Source of the DNA: Trichinella spiralis
Taxonomy: Eukaryota
NCBI RefSeq assembly: GCF_000181795.1
Contig: NW_003526941.1
Location: 7,230,043 to 7,294,042, forward strand
Reading direction: 5' to 3'
Length of the DNA stretch: 64,000 nt
Below, piece after piece: positions 51,707 to 64,000 of this stretch (position 1 is the stretch's first letter; each line of letters opens with the position of its first letter). The position numbers and the translations under genes are program-made. Under the pieces are notes generated by a model. The model was not told the origin of the DNA. It made no database searches and saw only the letters and a program-made list of their open reading frames with translations.

Positions 51707-54700
51707 ATAAGAACAAGTTGCTCAACAATACCAGTACAAGTCGGAATTATCTTCATCGTATGAGTAAACCAAGCGAATATAATAACTACATAATTAACTT
51801 TAAATCTATTTTAGTGTAGTTTTGACTTTATAATTCATCATATCCCTTCCTGTGGAGAACTTATTCAGTGCAGATGCTGAGCAACGAAAGTAAAATAGAA
51901 AATTTTTCAAATGACTTTCGATATTAAAAAAAATATTCTACCCTCCGAACTCACCCAAAGGCAAAAAGCATGAAGCGGTGTGCAAGTAAGTCTGAATGAC
52001 AAAGAGAACACGCTTTTGCTTTTGCTTTCACTATGGACGTCACATATTTCGTGTATTCAAATTTGTCGTCAACTATATGCAGTGCATTAAGCGGACGCAT
52101 TTGTTTCAAGACCGCTTGGAACGATAAATCATCCCCAGTCACCGTTTGACTGGTTACTCGGTCCGACACAGGGGTTGTCAATTCAATTCTACACATTCCA
52201 ATAGATAACACAACATCATTTCGTCATTCCGACAATACGTCATCCTCGCAATTGTAAAGCAAAAATTAAATCTCAACTATTATTAGTATTATTATTAATA
52301 GATGCATTAAATTTTTAAATAGTTTCGTTCAAGAAAATTTCTATTTTTATAACTTTCCCAGTGAATATGTGATAGAAGAATTTAGAAAAGAAAGCAAGAG
52401 AATTAGCGATGTGCCAATGATGAAGTTTCTCAAATTTCGAAGGCAAATTGAACAGAAAAAAGAAAATACATTCTGCAATATTCCGTCGACATATATACGT
52501 TGTAGGATCGTGCTGTAAGCAAAAGTTTCAGCAATAACAACAACAACAACTCGTTACGTGTCAAAGTGTGCTTATTCATTGCAGGGAATATGATGAGCCT
52601 GACGGCTAGAGAATGGTTTCATTTGCTTTCAGAAGAGTTTTAGCAATTTCATTTTGAAAACAAACCATCATATTTCATTAATAATTACGTCGAACATAAC
52701 AAATAACAAACAACTTTCCAGTGGAAAAGTATCTAAACCAAAGCTGAGTCTGTCTGTATCTATTGAAATTGCAGAAAAGAAACTTTTTAAAAAAATTTAT
52801 AGCAGATATTTTCACAATTTCTCACAACTGACAAGTAGCCATGTGGCGCAAAAGAAACCGATCGTCTGCTTCACAGATGCAGAAACAGTCTGGACACTGG
52901 TTCAGAGGTCCCCTTGTGTATAGATAAAGAAAAATACAATCTGTGCTTATGATTAAATCTATCACACTGCCAGCTGTTCCATCAAATGATGTCAACTTTT
53001 TCCAATGACTATTAGGATTTTTTCGTCGCATATTTTAAAAAAATGTTGCGATTTCTTCGTTGAATAGCATCTGCTTTCCAAAAACAATCATTTATAAGTA
53101 TCAAAATATTTAAGTTGACTATTTTTTCATTGAAACTGCTAAGGAACATCAATAATAATGTTGTTTGATTCTACAGGATTTGGTCGAACATCCGTTATCC
53201 AGAAAAGCTCGACAAGCGTACGCCGTTTTCGGTGCTGGTGAAAGTGGACTTTCAGTCGAAGGCGTTGGGCAAGAAGAATCTGGACCCTGGGAACCATGGG
53301 AAGTTATTCGAGAATGTTCGAGAACCTGCGGTGGAGGAGTTCAGATCGAGACTCGAAATTGCTCGTACGTAAAAAAATGCATACAACATTTTTTCAAATA
53401 CACTACTCTTAAGGAAAATTTCAATGTAAATTTAAATAAACTCACAGAAATACAGGAACTATAAAATTCACAGTTCTCGTTCTTATGTGATGTCAGATTA
53501 GGCGAACTGATATTCAGACGTACATGATTGATGCTCTAACTGAAATTGTTTCCATTGTAGCGGAAATTGCATCGGCGCTAAAAAACGTTACGTATCATGC
53601 AACATTGAAGTAGGATGCTTGATTATTTCTCGCTGCAGAAAATAGGGAGATTTTATTCTTCTAGCCATGTCCAACAGAAACTGATTTTCGGGCTGAACAA
53701 TGTGCCAAATATAATGATAAAGCTTTGGAAGGGAAATATTACAAATGGCGGCCGTTCACTCGAGGTAAGCAAAATATTTATTTCTCAATACCAGATAGTA
53801 CAATACAACTGATGCTAAAACAACCGCTGAATTCTTCTAGCATTGAACAAGTGCGAGTTGATGTGTATTCCAGAGGGTGAAAATTTTTATTATAAATGGG
53901 CTGAAAAAGTAATCGATGGCACTCGCTGCGACGCGTTCAACTACGACATTTGTGTCGAAGGCTTTTGCTTGGTAAGCAGTATGCAACTTCTGGATATAAT
54001 ACCAATAAACAAGCAAACTAAAAATAATCTCAACCCCTTCCTCACTACACAGTCGCGCTCACACACTGAAAAGTAAGTTGTTATCAACTTTTCTAGCCTG
54101 TTGGATGTGACAATAAACTCGGATCCACTCTAAAAGAAGATCTGTGTCGTGTTTGCGGCGGTGATGGTTCCACTTGTAAAACTGTTGAAGGATTTTTCGA
54201 TGAAAGTGATCTGAAACCTGGCTATCATGATGTTATCGTTATTCCTACTGGCGCTACGTCCATTGTTATCCAAGAGCGCAAACCTACCAACAACTATTTG
54301 GGTAATAAATAGCGGAAAACTGAAATCATTTTTCTTCTAATATTAATGATAAATAAACATTTGTTGTGCTGTTGTTTCAGCTCTAAGGAATGAAGCCGGC
54401 AAATATTGGCTGAATGGTCATTGGAAAATTGACTTTCCGCAGACGATCGAAGTTGCTGGCACAATGTTTGAATATGAACGAATCAAGCAGAACAACGTTG
54501 CTTTTGAAAAGCTTTACGCCAAAGGACCAACAAAAGAGCCCGTTATTGTGGTTGTAAGTGACAGCATGCGATGTTAAACACCACCCATTCATTACTGTTA
54601 GTGATTAATTTTTACATGCATATGTTTTTGTTTTCTTTCTGTAAAGCTTTTACGACAAACTGAAAACTCTGGAATTCAATATGAATTCTCGGTTCCGCTA

Positions 54701-57700
54701 ACTGAATCGCTTCCATATCAATATACAGTTGGACCGTGGAGCGCTTGTTCAGTAACTTGTGGTCAAGGTAAACAGTCAAGGGTTTAAACTGAAAAACACA
54801 ATTCTAAAACTTCTCACAAATAAATACACAGGTATACAAGAGAGAACTGTTCAGTGTACAGATCGTTCTACCAAAGAAACTGTGGATGAAGAATTCTGCT
54901 TAAACAGTACTTTACCAGAATTAAATCGAACCTGCTCGACTGTAGATTGCGATCCTGAATGGTTCGTTGGTGAATGGGAACCCTGCTCTGAAACTTGTGG
55001 CGATACTGGAATGCAATATCGAATCGTGTTCTGTCACCAAGCTATGGCCGATGGTGTTAAAGTATCGGTAAGAGATGGTCTCTGCACTAAAGAAAGGCCA
55101 ATATTTCGTCAACCTTGCAATCGCTTTTCCTGTCCAGAATGGCACGTCGGACCTTGGTCTTCTGTACGTTTTGTTGTTTGAGTTTTTTGCGTTATTTATA
55201 CGTGTACAACCATCAATCAGTGGTCTCGTTTATTTTAATTTATTTCTTTGTCTTCTTCATTGTTACAGTGCAGTAGCCCTTGTGGCGAGGCATTTCAATA
55301 CAGATCTGTAACATGCCGATCTGAGAAAGAAGGCGAGGAAGGTCAACTGTTGCCCGGAAAAGCTTGTCATGCACCGGATGAGCCGAACAATCGACGTCCT
55401 TGCAATCTTGGACGTTGTGAAGGCTTAAATTGGCACGTCACAGAGTGGAATCTTTGCGAACATTGCAACGATACCACTGAAACAAGAAACGTCTCGTGCA
55501 GAGATTCTTCGGGGCGTATCTATTCAGACGATCGATGCGAGGGGGAGAAACCGATTGATGAACGCCCATGTGCTACCCCTATTCCTTGTCTTTACAAATG
55601 GCATGCGTCACAATGGTCTGAGGTAATTTATTACTTTTCGAAGACAACGAAACGTCCGTAAGGTGTTTTTGCCTACACATTCTTTTGATAATGAAAATTT
55701 TACAGTGCTCAACAAAATGTGGACACGGTCACCAGACACGTTCCGTTGTTTGTGCGATTGAAGAAGGAAACAAATTGATCAAAATGGATGAACTACATTG
55801 CGATCCATATGTAAAGCCAAGCAGTCGACAAAACTGCACAAACGAAGAAAAATGCATTGGAACATATTTCACCAGTGAATGGGATGAGGTAAAATAAAGG
55901 AATTATTCTCTAACTATCAGTAAATGCGATTCCCTATTTTAAAACTCTCTCTCTCTCTCGAGTGAGAGGGAGATGGAGAATGCTACTTCTTTCAACTCAT
56001 TTTAAATAATGTAAAAAAGAAAATGTAGATTCAAAATCATCCCCTCATCTAACTATCAAAATTATCTTAAAAATCATCTGATTGAAAATTATTTACTTAC
56101 TTCGTGTGTCTTGATGCAGTGTTCAGCACCTTGTGGCGGAGGAACGCAGAAAAGAGTTGTACTCTGCTTTGATTATGATTATCGACTCAATCCAGCGATG
56201 TGCGATGAAGATGAAAAACCAGCTGATGTTCAAGAATGTAATTTGCAAAACTGTACAGGTATAATGTTTGCATTGGGTTGAATACTTTTCCATTATTGAT
56301 GTTTTATCATTATTTGAAATTCACAGCTTGCAATGAAACTGAATTCGGTTGCTGCCCAGACAACAGTACCGCTGCCAGTGGTCCGTTTCTCGAAGGGTGC
56401 AGCAATTGTAGCCTTTCAGAGTTCGGCTGCTGTCCTGACAACTATACCACAGCTGACGGTGCAAACTTTGAGGGTTGTATGTCTGAGATGAATGTCACCG
56501 AAGAAGGAATTGGTTTGGAAAACGACACTGCACCAATGAAACCAAAACAGGCGAACAACTGTACTGAAGATGATGCAGAATGTTGCACAGAAACGTTTGA
56601 CGAGAAAACGAACACTAGCACTGTGCAGTGCACAGTGCGCATGTGCAATCTGACCAACAGTGAAAACGTGACCGTCGAGGTTCCTTGCATGAACATTACC
56701 TCCAACCCTGATATGAGCAATGATACGGATATTCTACTAAGCGATACCACGGCTACGCTTTTCAACGAGACGGATTCGTTTGGAAATGAAACAGTCGGCA
56801 ACGAGACTGATGTGCATTGTTCAAAAACGGAATTTGGATGCTGCCCTGATTGGGTAACACCAGCTCTTGGACCGGACAATTTGAACTGCACCAACTATGA
56901 ATTAGGCGACTGTTCGAACAATGGCACCAAGTACGGCTGCTGCCCAGACAACCTAACCCTGGCTAGAGGACCAAAGTTCGAAGGCTGCGGCGATCCTATT
57001 TGTTCGGCGTCTTTGTACGGTTGCTGCCCTGATCGACGAACAATTGCTTTCGGACCACATTACAAAGGTGCGTGCATAGAAAATTGTTAGTTTGTCTGTT
57101 GTTAATTTTCTGCATTTTCCTGCACTACATATTAGGCTGTGACCGATCCACGTTCAGCTGTGAATCAAGTCCATTTGGCTGTTGCTCTGATGGCAAAACC
57201 GCTGCTCTGGGTCCTAAAAACAAAGGCTGTGAAGATAACTTGTGTCATATCAAAATACGGTTGCTGCCCCGATGGTGTCACCTTAGCCAAAGGTATGCTA
57301 TGCAAATGAGCTACAGTAACAACTGCGCACACGTTGAAACTTACTACTCAAGATTTAAGTACTGATCACCACGGTTTAAGGTCCCAAGAACGAAGGATGC
57401 GGCTGTTCGCTGAGTCAGTTCGGCTGCTGTCCAGATGGTCAGAGCACTGCTGTTGGTCCAGGTTTTGCTGGTTGTCCTGAAACATGCGCTACTTCAAGGT
57501 TCGGATGCTGTCCGGACGGAAAGACTTATGCCAAAGGATCAAATTATGAAGGATGTCCTTGTCGCTATACACGTTTCGGTTGCTGCCCGGATGGAGTAAC
57601 CGCTGCTCTCGGACCACGGCACGAGGGCTGTGACGACTGCCGTTTGAAAGAGTAAACATTCTTGTCAAATCAAATGAATGACGATTCATAAACGGGCAGT

Positions 57701-60700
57701 TTGCGTGATTTAGATTCGGTTGCTGTCCAGATGGTCAGAAAGCAGCTCAAGGCCCAGCGATGGAAGGCTGTTTCGAAATTGCCGAAGAATCGCCCGTTAT
57801 CACCATACCACCACCACTACGAGGGCCTGTTTCACCTGAACAAATCGGCAAGCATTATTCTGAACAAAAATTGACTTGTAACTATTGCAATTCTTTAGCT
57901 AGTTGCACACTGCCATCAGAAACTGGTGAATGCTCAGACTATTCGCTGAAGTGGAACTTCGACCCTATAGAAGGTGTTTGTCGGCAATTTTGGTACGGTG
58001 GTTGCGGTGGCAATGAAAATCGATTCGAGTCAGAAGAAGACTGCAAACACGTCTGCGTCAATCCTCCAGATCAGGGTAATTAATCAAATTGTTTTTAATT
58101 ACACAAATTCCACTTCGACTGTTGCACTGTAACTGCGGTGTAATGTGTTCAGGCGTCTGTTATTTGCCAAAAATTCCTGGCACCGACGCATGCGGTTCAA
58201 CAACCATTCGATGGTATTACGATATCACTGAAGGTTACTGCATGCAATTCTACTATCACTGCAACGGAAACGGAAACAATTTCGCGGAATACGATGAATG
58301 CATGGCCACTTGTGATAACGTTGGTAAAGCGTTGACCGTCTCACCACCGGCTACATTTTCTCATCAACCAGAAGAAACAGGTGCTGAATCTGAAGGTAAG
58401 CGAGGGTGCAAAGCTATCTCTGAAATAAATAAGCCGCAAATTATTAGTTACATCTTATTTTTAACCTTTTCATTCCGCAAATTCTCTCTCTTTTCAACTT
58501 ACTGCAATTTCACTGGTGTAAAATTTCACAATCAGAAGAACAACTGCTTTCGTTGAATGATGAATGATAAGATGATAAAATTTTCACAGAATACGAAGAT
58601 GTATGTGAACTGCCAGTAGACACTGGTCCGTGCCGTGGTAAAATTACACAATGGTACTACGAACCGGCCATGGGTGAGTGCATCACATTCACCTGGGGTG
58701 GGTGCAAAGGAAATTCAAATCGTTTCGCATCCAAAGAATTATGCGAAGCTAAATGTGCGAAAGTGATCGGTAAGACCAATAAACCAAGAAATAAACTTAA
58801 AGGCAAGCAGAAAACAGTTTTTCTTCTACAGAAGACTTTTGTAAATTGCCCAAAGATTCCGGTCCTTGTGATCAATATGTCGCAAAATGGTATTACAAGC
58901 ACGAAGAGGGTACATGCGGTAGATTTTACTATGGCGGCTGTCATGGCAATGATAATCGTTTCGAGACTATGGAAGAATGTCACGAAAAATGTGCCAGCAA
59001 AGCCGGTTCGAAAAATCTTTCACTTAAATTGATCAACTGATTAATTTGCTTTGGACCATGTTGAAATTCGTCTGTTATTGCTTTGTAGATCCCTGCCAGC
59101 TTCCATCTGTGTCAGGTCCTTGCGCTGGTCGAGAAATGCGTTATTACTGGACAGGAGAACGTTGTGAACAATTTACATACGGCGGTTGTTTGGGCAATTC
59201 GAACAATTTCCAATCATTGGAACAATGCCAACGACGATGTGGTAGCAAATCGACACAACAGCATATGCCATCATCAGAAGAGGTTAAAGTGTTGAGTTCT
59301 GCTGTTGCTGGTGGCGCAGGTGGTAGTGTTGGTCACAGCGGTGTTTTCACCGTTTCCCGTGTTGATGAAGCAGCTGAATCCAGTCGTCCAGGTAATATTA
59401 ATTGCACTTTACAGTTCTTTTACAATATTTTCCCCTATTAACAGATGATAGCAGTATCTGTAATTTACCCAAAGATACAGGACCTTGCCGAGCATACATA
59501 CCATCGTTCTACTTCGATCGAATGACGCAACAATGCCAACAGTTTGTCTACGGTGGATGTCAAGGCAATGAAAATCGTTTTCCAACTAGAAGCGGTATGC
59601 AAAATCTTCCTATGCGCTGCTGTTGTGCTGTTGGTTTCACTTATGCTTATCTTCAGCGTGCGAAGCCGCGTGCGGAACTGTACGACACCAGAACATCATC
59701 CACGGACGACCACAGGAAAAGCCCGAAGAATCGACTACGTATGAAAATTTCAATAATGAAATCAACGATTTGGACAACAGCATCGAAAGTGATACTTACC
59801 GTTCACACGTCGGTATCGAATGCCCAGTTTTCTTTGCACAGCGTTCGCGTTGAGATAACAATTCGCTTCTTTTCTTCATAGATTACTGCAACTCCAGTCC
59901 TGAGGTTGGCCCTTGCCGTGATGCGACCACCAGATGGCATTATGAGCCTCGACGTGGAGAGTGCATTGAATTTGTTTATGGAGGATGCGGAGGGAATCGA
60001 AACAATTTCAAAACGCGTCAAGGTATATTTAACTGAACGCCACAAGCATGGAAATGTGGAAAAATGACAGAAAAGTATCACATATTTACACGAACTGTTT
60101 TCAATTTACCTCTTACAGATTGCGAACGAGTGTGCGCTGAATTCAGTGATACTGAACCAGCACCGTTTGAAAAGCCACTTCAATCTACGTCAAGGCCAGC
60201 AAGCAGTCCGGCACCTCGTTTTTATCCGTTGCCCACATCCGCACTGCCTGGTAAGTACTGATTGAGTAGTTGTTCAATTCTGTACGGAAATCAATAATGT
60301 ACACTTTTTTGTTCAGATTTATGCCTACAGAGCAAAGATATTGGTACCTGCTATGGAAGTTTGCTGAACTGGTATTTTGACAGTGAACGAATGCAGTGCA
60401 CGTCGTTCATGTACACCGGATGTGGAGGCAACAGCAACCGTTTCACTTCTGAAGAAGCTTGCGAACGAGCTTGCGGCGCTTATCGTGATCAAGGTTTTTA
60501 TGAGATTAATTATTTATACAGTCTATTCTTCACATGATGAAACCAATTATTACAGATGTCTGCCGAATGCCACCGGACGAAGGGCCATGCTTGGCATCAG
60601 TACCGAAATGGTCTTATAACCAGGAACGTGGCGAGTGCGTGTCGTTTGTGTACGGAGGCTGCGAAGGAAACGGCAATCGTTTCTCTAGCAAAGAAGAATG

Positions 60701-62526
60701 CGACAATATTTGCAATCCACGCCGAACAAGCTACTTGAACGAAGGTAAATTTCAGTCTTTTTAACACTTTTAAAATTGTGCTAAAAAACCAACCAAACAA
60801 ACCAAATTATGGACACTACACTGCACAGTTTGTTAATTGATTTTCATTCACATTTTCACGGGAATTCTTTCTTTCCCATTCATCTAAATAAGTAAATACA
60901 CAAACATATATATATATATACAAGGGAAAATATTATATGAACAGTGAAGAAAAAAATAACTGCAATTTTTACCCAAAGCAGCAGCATGTGCGTGGTGTGT
61001 TGAATATTTGATGGTCGCTATTTTGCTTGTTTTTGCCTCACTTGTTTTCCATCCACTGCTGCAATTCATAGTAGGGGGATTAAATTTAAAGAATTCCACT
61101 GATAAACGAATAAATTCCACTCTTGCTTGCCTCTTCAATTGTCCATCAGTTTCAACAGAATTTCGTTATAATAATAATAATGATAATGTGTGTGTGTGAG
61201 TGTACAGACGTGTGTGATTTGGAACGTGATGCTGGACCTTGTTTGGATCCGATCAGCCAGTGGTACTTCGACCGTGTGTCCAGCGCGTGTAAATTGTTCA
61301 CATATGGCGGCTGTCGAGGCAATGCGAACCGCTTCAACACGAAAAGCGAATGCGAGGCACGTTGCGTTCAACCTGCAAAATTGACAACAACAGGTAGACA
61401 ACAAGAGAGGGACAGCAGAGGGGCAAGCAGCAAGCAACGTTTGCGGCGCTTTAACGACACAGTTTAAATAATTTCATTTAAATTCAGCCCCATTACTAAT
61501 TTAAAATTCGTTCGATATTGTAAAGGTCTTCTTCTAACACTCGCAGGCAGTGCTTGTGAACTGGAGTTCGATTCTGGCCCCTGTCAGCAGTCGTTTCTGC
61601 GCAAGTGGTACCACGACCCTCGGTCGCATAAGTGCAGACCGTTCGCGTACGGTGGCTGCGGCGGCAATGACAACCGATTCGACTCGGAACAAGAATGCGC
61701 ATCCGCTTGTAATGCAGCTGTCAGCATGTCCATTACGGACGATGATCGTAAGAGAACATTCGGTGAGCAGAATATTTTTCTCACTGAAAACGTCTGCAAG
61801 CGCGCACGTAAACACTGCATCTGAAAAGTGAAATGAATGAAACAAACGAATGACAACACAACATACCAATGATAATAATGCTGCCACACACAGCTTATAT
61901 TTTTTTTGCTGGAATTTTTCCATTCCATTACTTGTTAGTTTTAATGCTTGATTTCCATTCCAGAACATGCTCCAGTTTCGGTACAAGTCGACAGCACGCG
62001 TTGGACCTATCAAGAAGGACAGCCAATTGTGCTGAATTGTAGAGGCGGGACAGACGAGATGCACCACAAAAATAACGTAGTCTGGTACAAGGATAATCGT
62101 CACGTTGCTGCCGATGTCAGTCGACGAATTGAAGTGAGAAATGTTCTCGTTTTTTTTGCAGATCCGTAATAAAATTCCAAATTACCAATGTTCAGGTTCA
62201 GTTCAACGGCTCGTTAACCATAAATTCAGCAAAAATATCCGACAGCGGAGAGTACAGTTGCGCGTTACTGCAACCAGCTGGTTCATTCTCGTCCGCTGTA
62301 CGCGTTGTAGTTGAAGGTAATCAGTTGATCTGCTGTTCTGCCCTTTTGGAGGTGATAAATTTAAATTTTCTTTCACTTCACTTTAGCCCAGAGACAAGAA
62401 TCCAACAACGAAAATTGTGTCGACAATCCGTTACTGGCGAACTGCCGACTAGTGGTCAGTGCAGGCCTTTGCAGTCACACCTATTATGGTCGTTAGTGCT
62501 GTCAGTCTTGCCGAAATGTAAATTAA
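51190..62526 (+). CDS. mig-6: Papilin / MIG-6 long form: signal, TSP1, ADAMTS Cys-rich and spacer, 6 more TSP1, ~11 lagrin (FGCCPD) repeats, 11 Kunitz, 1 Ig, PLAC; two apparent lesions in this assembly
   Basis: About 32 exons traced: 51190-51339, 53177-53364, 53561-53609, 53665-53764, 53841-53971, 54097-54301, 54381-54553, 54647-54767, 54832-55163, 55269-55622, 55706-55888, 56120-56258, 56327-57067, 57136-57292, 57381-57651, 57714-57847, 57899-58075, 58153-58395, 58590-58769, 58832-59005, 59089-59391, 59445-59594, 59657-59812, 59882-60022, 60119-60250, 60317-60493, 60556-60744, 61208-61393, 61547-61747/61762, 61964-62133, 62196-62316, 62387-62526. There is a +1 frameshift at ~57240 and an in-frame TAG at 62494-62496. 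AATAAA lies at 62835-62840. Confidence 0.95.
51665..51702. repeat. (GA)19 microsatellite in papilin intron 1
   Basis: Directly visible. Confidence 0.95.
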
Positions 62527-63779
62527 CCACATCTTCTTCTTCATTCATCACCATCATCATAAACCAAATCAACAAAGAAGAACAATACAATAAGCACAGC
62601 TAGCTGTTGGCTTATTTATTTATCAATTTATAGTCTAGTTGTTACTCTCTCTGTTTTTTATTCTCTTTTAATTGATATTTTACAGCATAAGTTGATCAAT
62701 CCTACCCGCTTGACATTTCTTCTTTTAACTCTGTCGTTAATTCCATTTAATCGTTAATACATATATACATAGTATATGCAATATGTCCAACATGTCCTCC
62801 TATGCTTATTAATTTACAAGCATGTCACACTGCCAATAAATAGACTCAAGAATTATTAATGCTTTTGTTTTCCTCTAGCCATCATAAAATTGGTAAGCAA
62901 ATAATAAAATGCAAATCCATCTTCCACATTACTTTCTCTCTTTCCCATTATTATAGTTTGTGTGTTTGTGTGCATTTCATATGATCATACTTTATCCCAA
63001 ATGTCCACATTTATTGCACACTTGTACTGACGAGTGAGTGAGTATTAAAAAACAAAAAAAAGTTCACCAATACACAGATCTGTTTCTTTGTTGAAATCAT
63101 CTTTACAACTTCTGACAAGAAATCAAACAACGAGACTATGTTAGCAATTAATACATGTCGTTGCAATAGAGTTATACGTATATATACATATAACATGTAT
63201 ACATTATATACGTAATATATAGCAATGGAAGATGATGATAAAGAATCAGACAAATAGAAACCAGAACACAAACAATTATTATAAATTTCTTCTTTTTTGT
63301 ATAAAAAAAAGCAGGATAGGGCGTAGTAGAAAAAAAATTGTCCATACCATGCTTATGTAAAAATCAGCCAATTTCACTTCAGTTTCACCGTTGTCTACTA
63401 GCCGACCAGCACATTGGAAAAACTGATTATACACATAAGCTGATGACTATTATTTTGTTAACACAAACGAGATAAATAAAGTTGAAGCATTATGAAACTG
63501 AACGATGCAAAATTTTTACCAAACCCCAAAATTGACAATAAATGGGCATGGCTGGTGGTGGAATGAAAAAACTTTTAAATTAAAAAAAAAGTTCACTTAT
63601 TCTTACTACAGAAGGATGAAAAGAGCGTCGGCAAAGAAGAAAATAAGAAGATGAAAGAAGAAAAAAATGTCACACTTGCGAGCGACCATAGCAGGATGAT
63701 GATGATGATGATGATATGTATGACGATGATCAAATTTTCCTTTTTCAAATATAAAAACGGTCAAGATGGAATCCGATAC

Positions 63780-63977
63780 TTAACAACAGCCAGATTTCTG
63801 TGGTTGCACTGGTGTGGATGTGATTCGCACACCAGGCTGTGCACCAGCTGCTGTGCCGACAGCGTGTGAAAGACGTCTTTTGATTTCACCTGCCATCGTC
63901 AAAAATGCTTGCTCAACATTGGTAGAATTCTTGGCCGATGTTTCCAAAAATGGAATACCCAATTGATCAGCATATTC
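63780..63977 (-). CDS. rab-1: Rab1 small GTPase, last coding exon (rest of the gene lies beyond the right edge)
   Basis: Acceptor AG at 63978-63979, then [36 protein letters not shown]...QKSGCC*: the Rab1-typical G5 region and a C-terminal CC prenylation motif. Convergent with papilin. Confidence 0.92.
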   Translation of the reverse strand, partial: EYADQLGIPFLETSAKNSTNVEQAFLTMAGEIKRRLSHAVGTAAGAQPGVRITSTPVQPQKSGCC

Positions 63978-64000
63978 CTGCAATAAAAATCAACAACTTC

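Noticed and set aside
51190..62526. Calling papilin a pseudogene
   Set aside because: Only two single-base lesions in about 32 otherwise intact exons with conserved cysteines and splice sites; sequencing error or recent alleles are more likely.

Overview
Eukaryotic, AT-rich, intron-dense genomic DNA from a draft assembly (N gaps at 27503-27512, 30221-30230, 41929-41938, 42703-43218 and 48408-48701). It is most consistent with a nematode, probably clade I (Trichinella-like); this is inferred from the short 40-70 nt introns, TTTCAG acceptors and gene content, and is not proven. I reconstructed these genes by hand from splice sites: a Notch receptor with a full 36-EGF ectodomain (minus, runs off the left edge), mitochondrial acetyl-CoA acetyltransferase (minus), a short TACC-domain protein (plus), an intronless CDC37 (minus), an SNX9/18/33 (lst-4)-type sorting nexin with no visible SH3 (plus), an RPAP2/Rtr1 homologue with a MITE in an intron (plus), a gap-truncated ionotropic-receptor-like ligand-binding fragment (minus), a papilin/MIG-6 (plus) and the last exon of Rab1 (minus). 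The papilin has a +1 frameshift, a probable GC-AG intron and an in-frame TAG inside its PLAC domain. The intergenic repeats are a ~1.25 kb element present twice with internal direct repeats, and a ~0.6 kb inverted-repeat pair flanking a palindromic 26-bp minisatellite with CRE/TATA motifs. The strongest leads are the 36-EGF Notch, the ATD-less IR-like receptor, the papilin PLAC stop, the FFAT-like motif in TACC and the structured repeat block at 26.7-30.2 kb.
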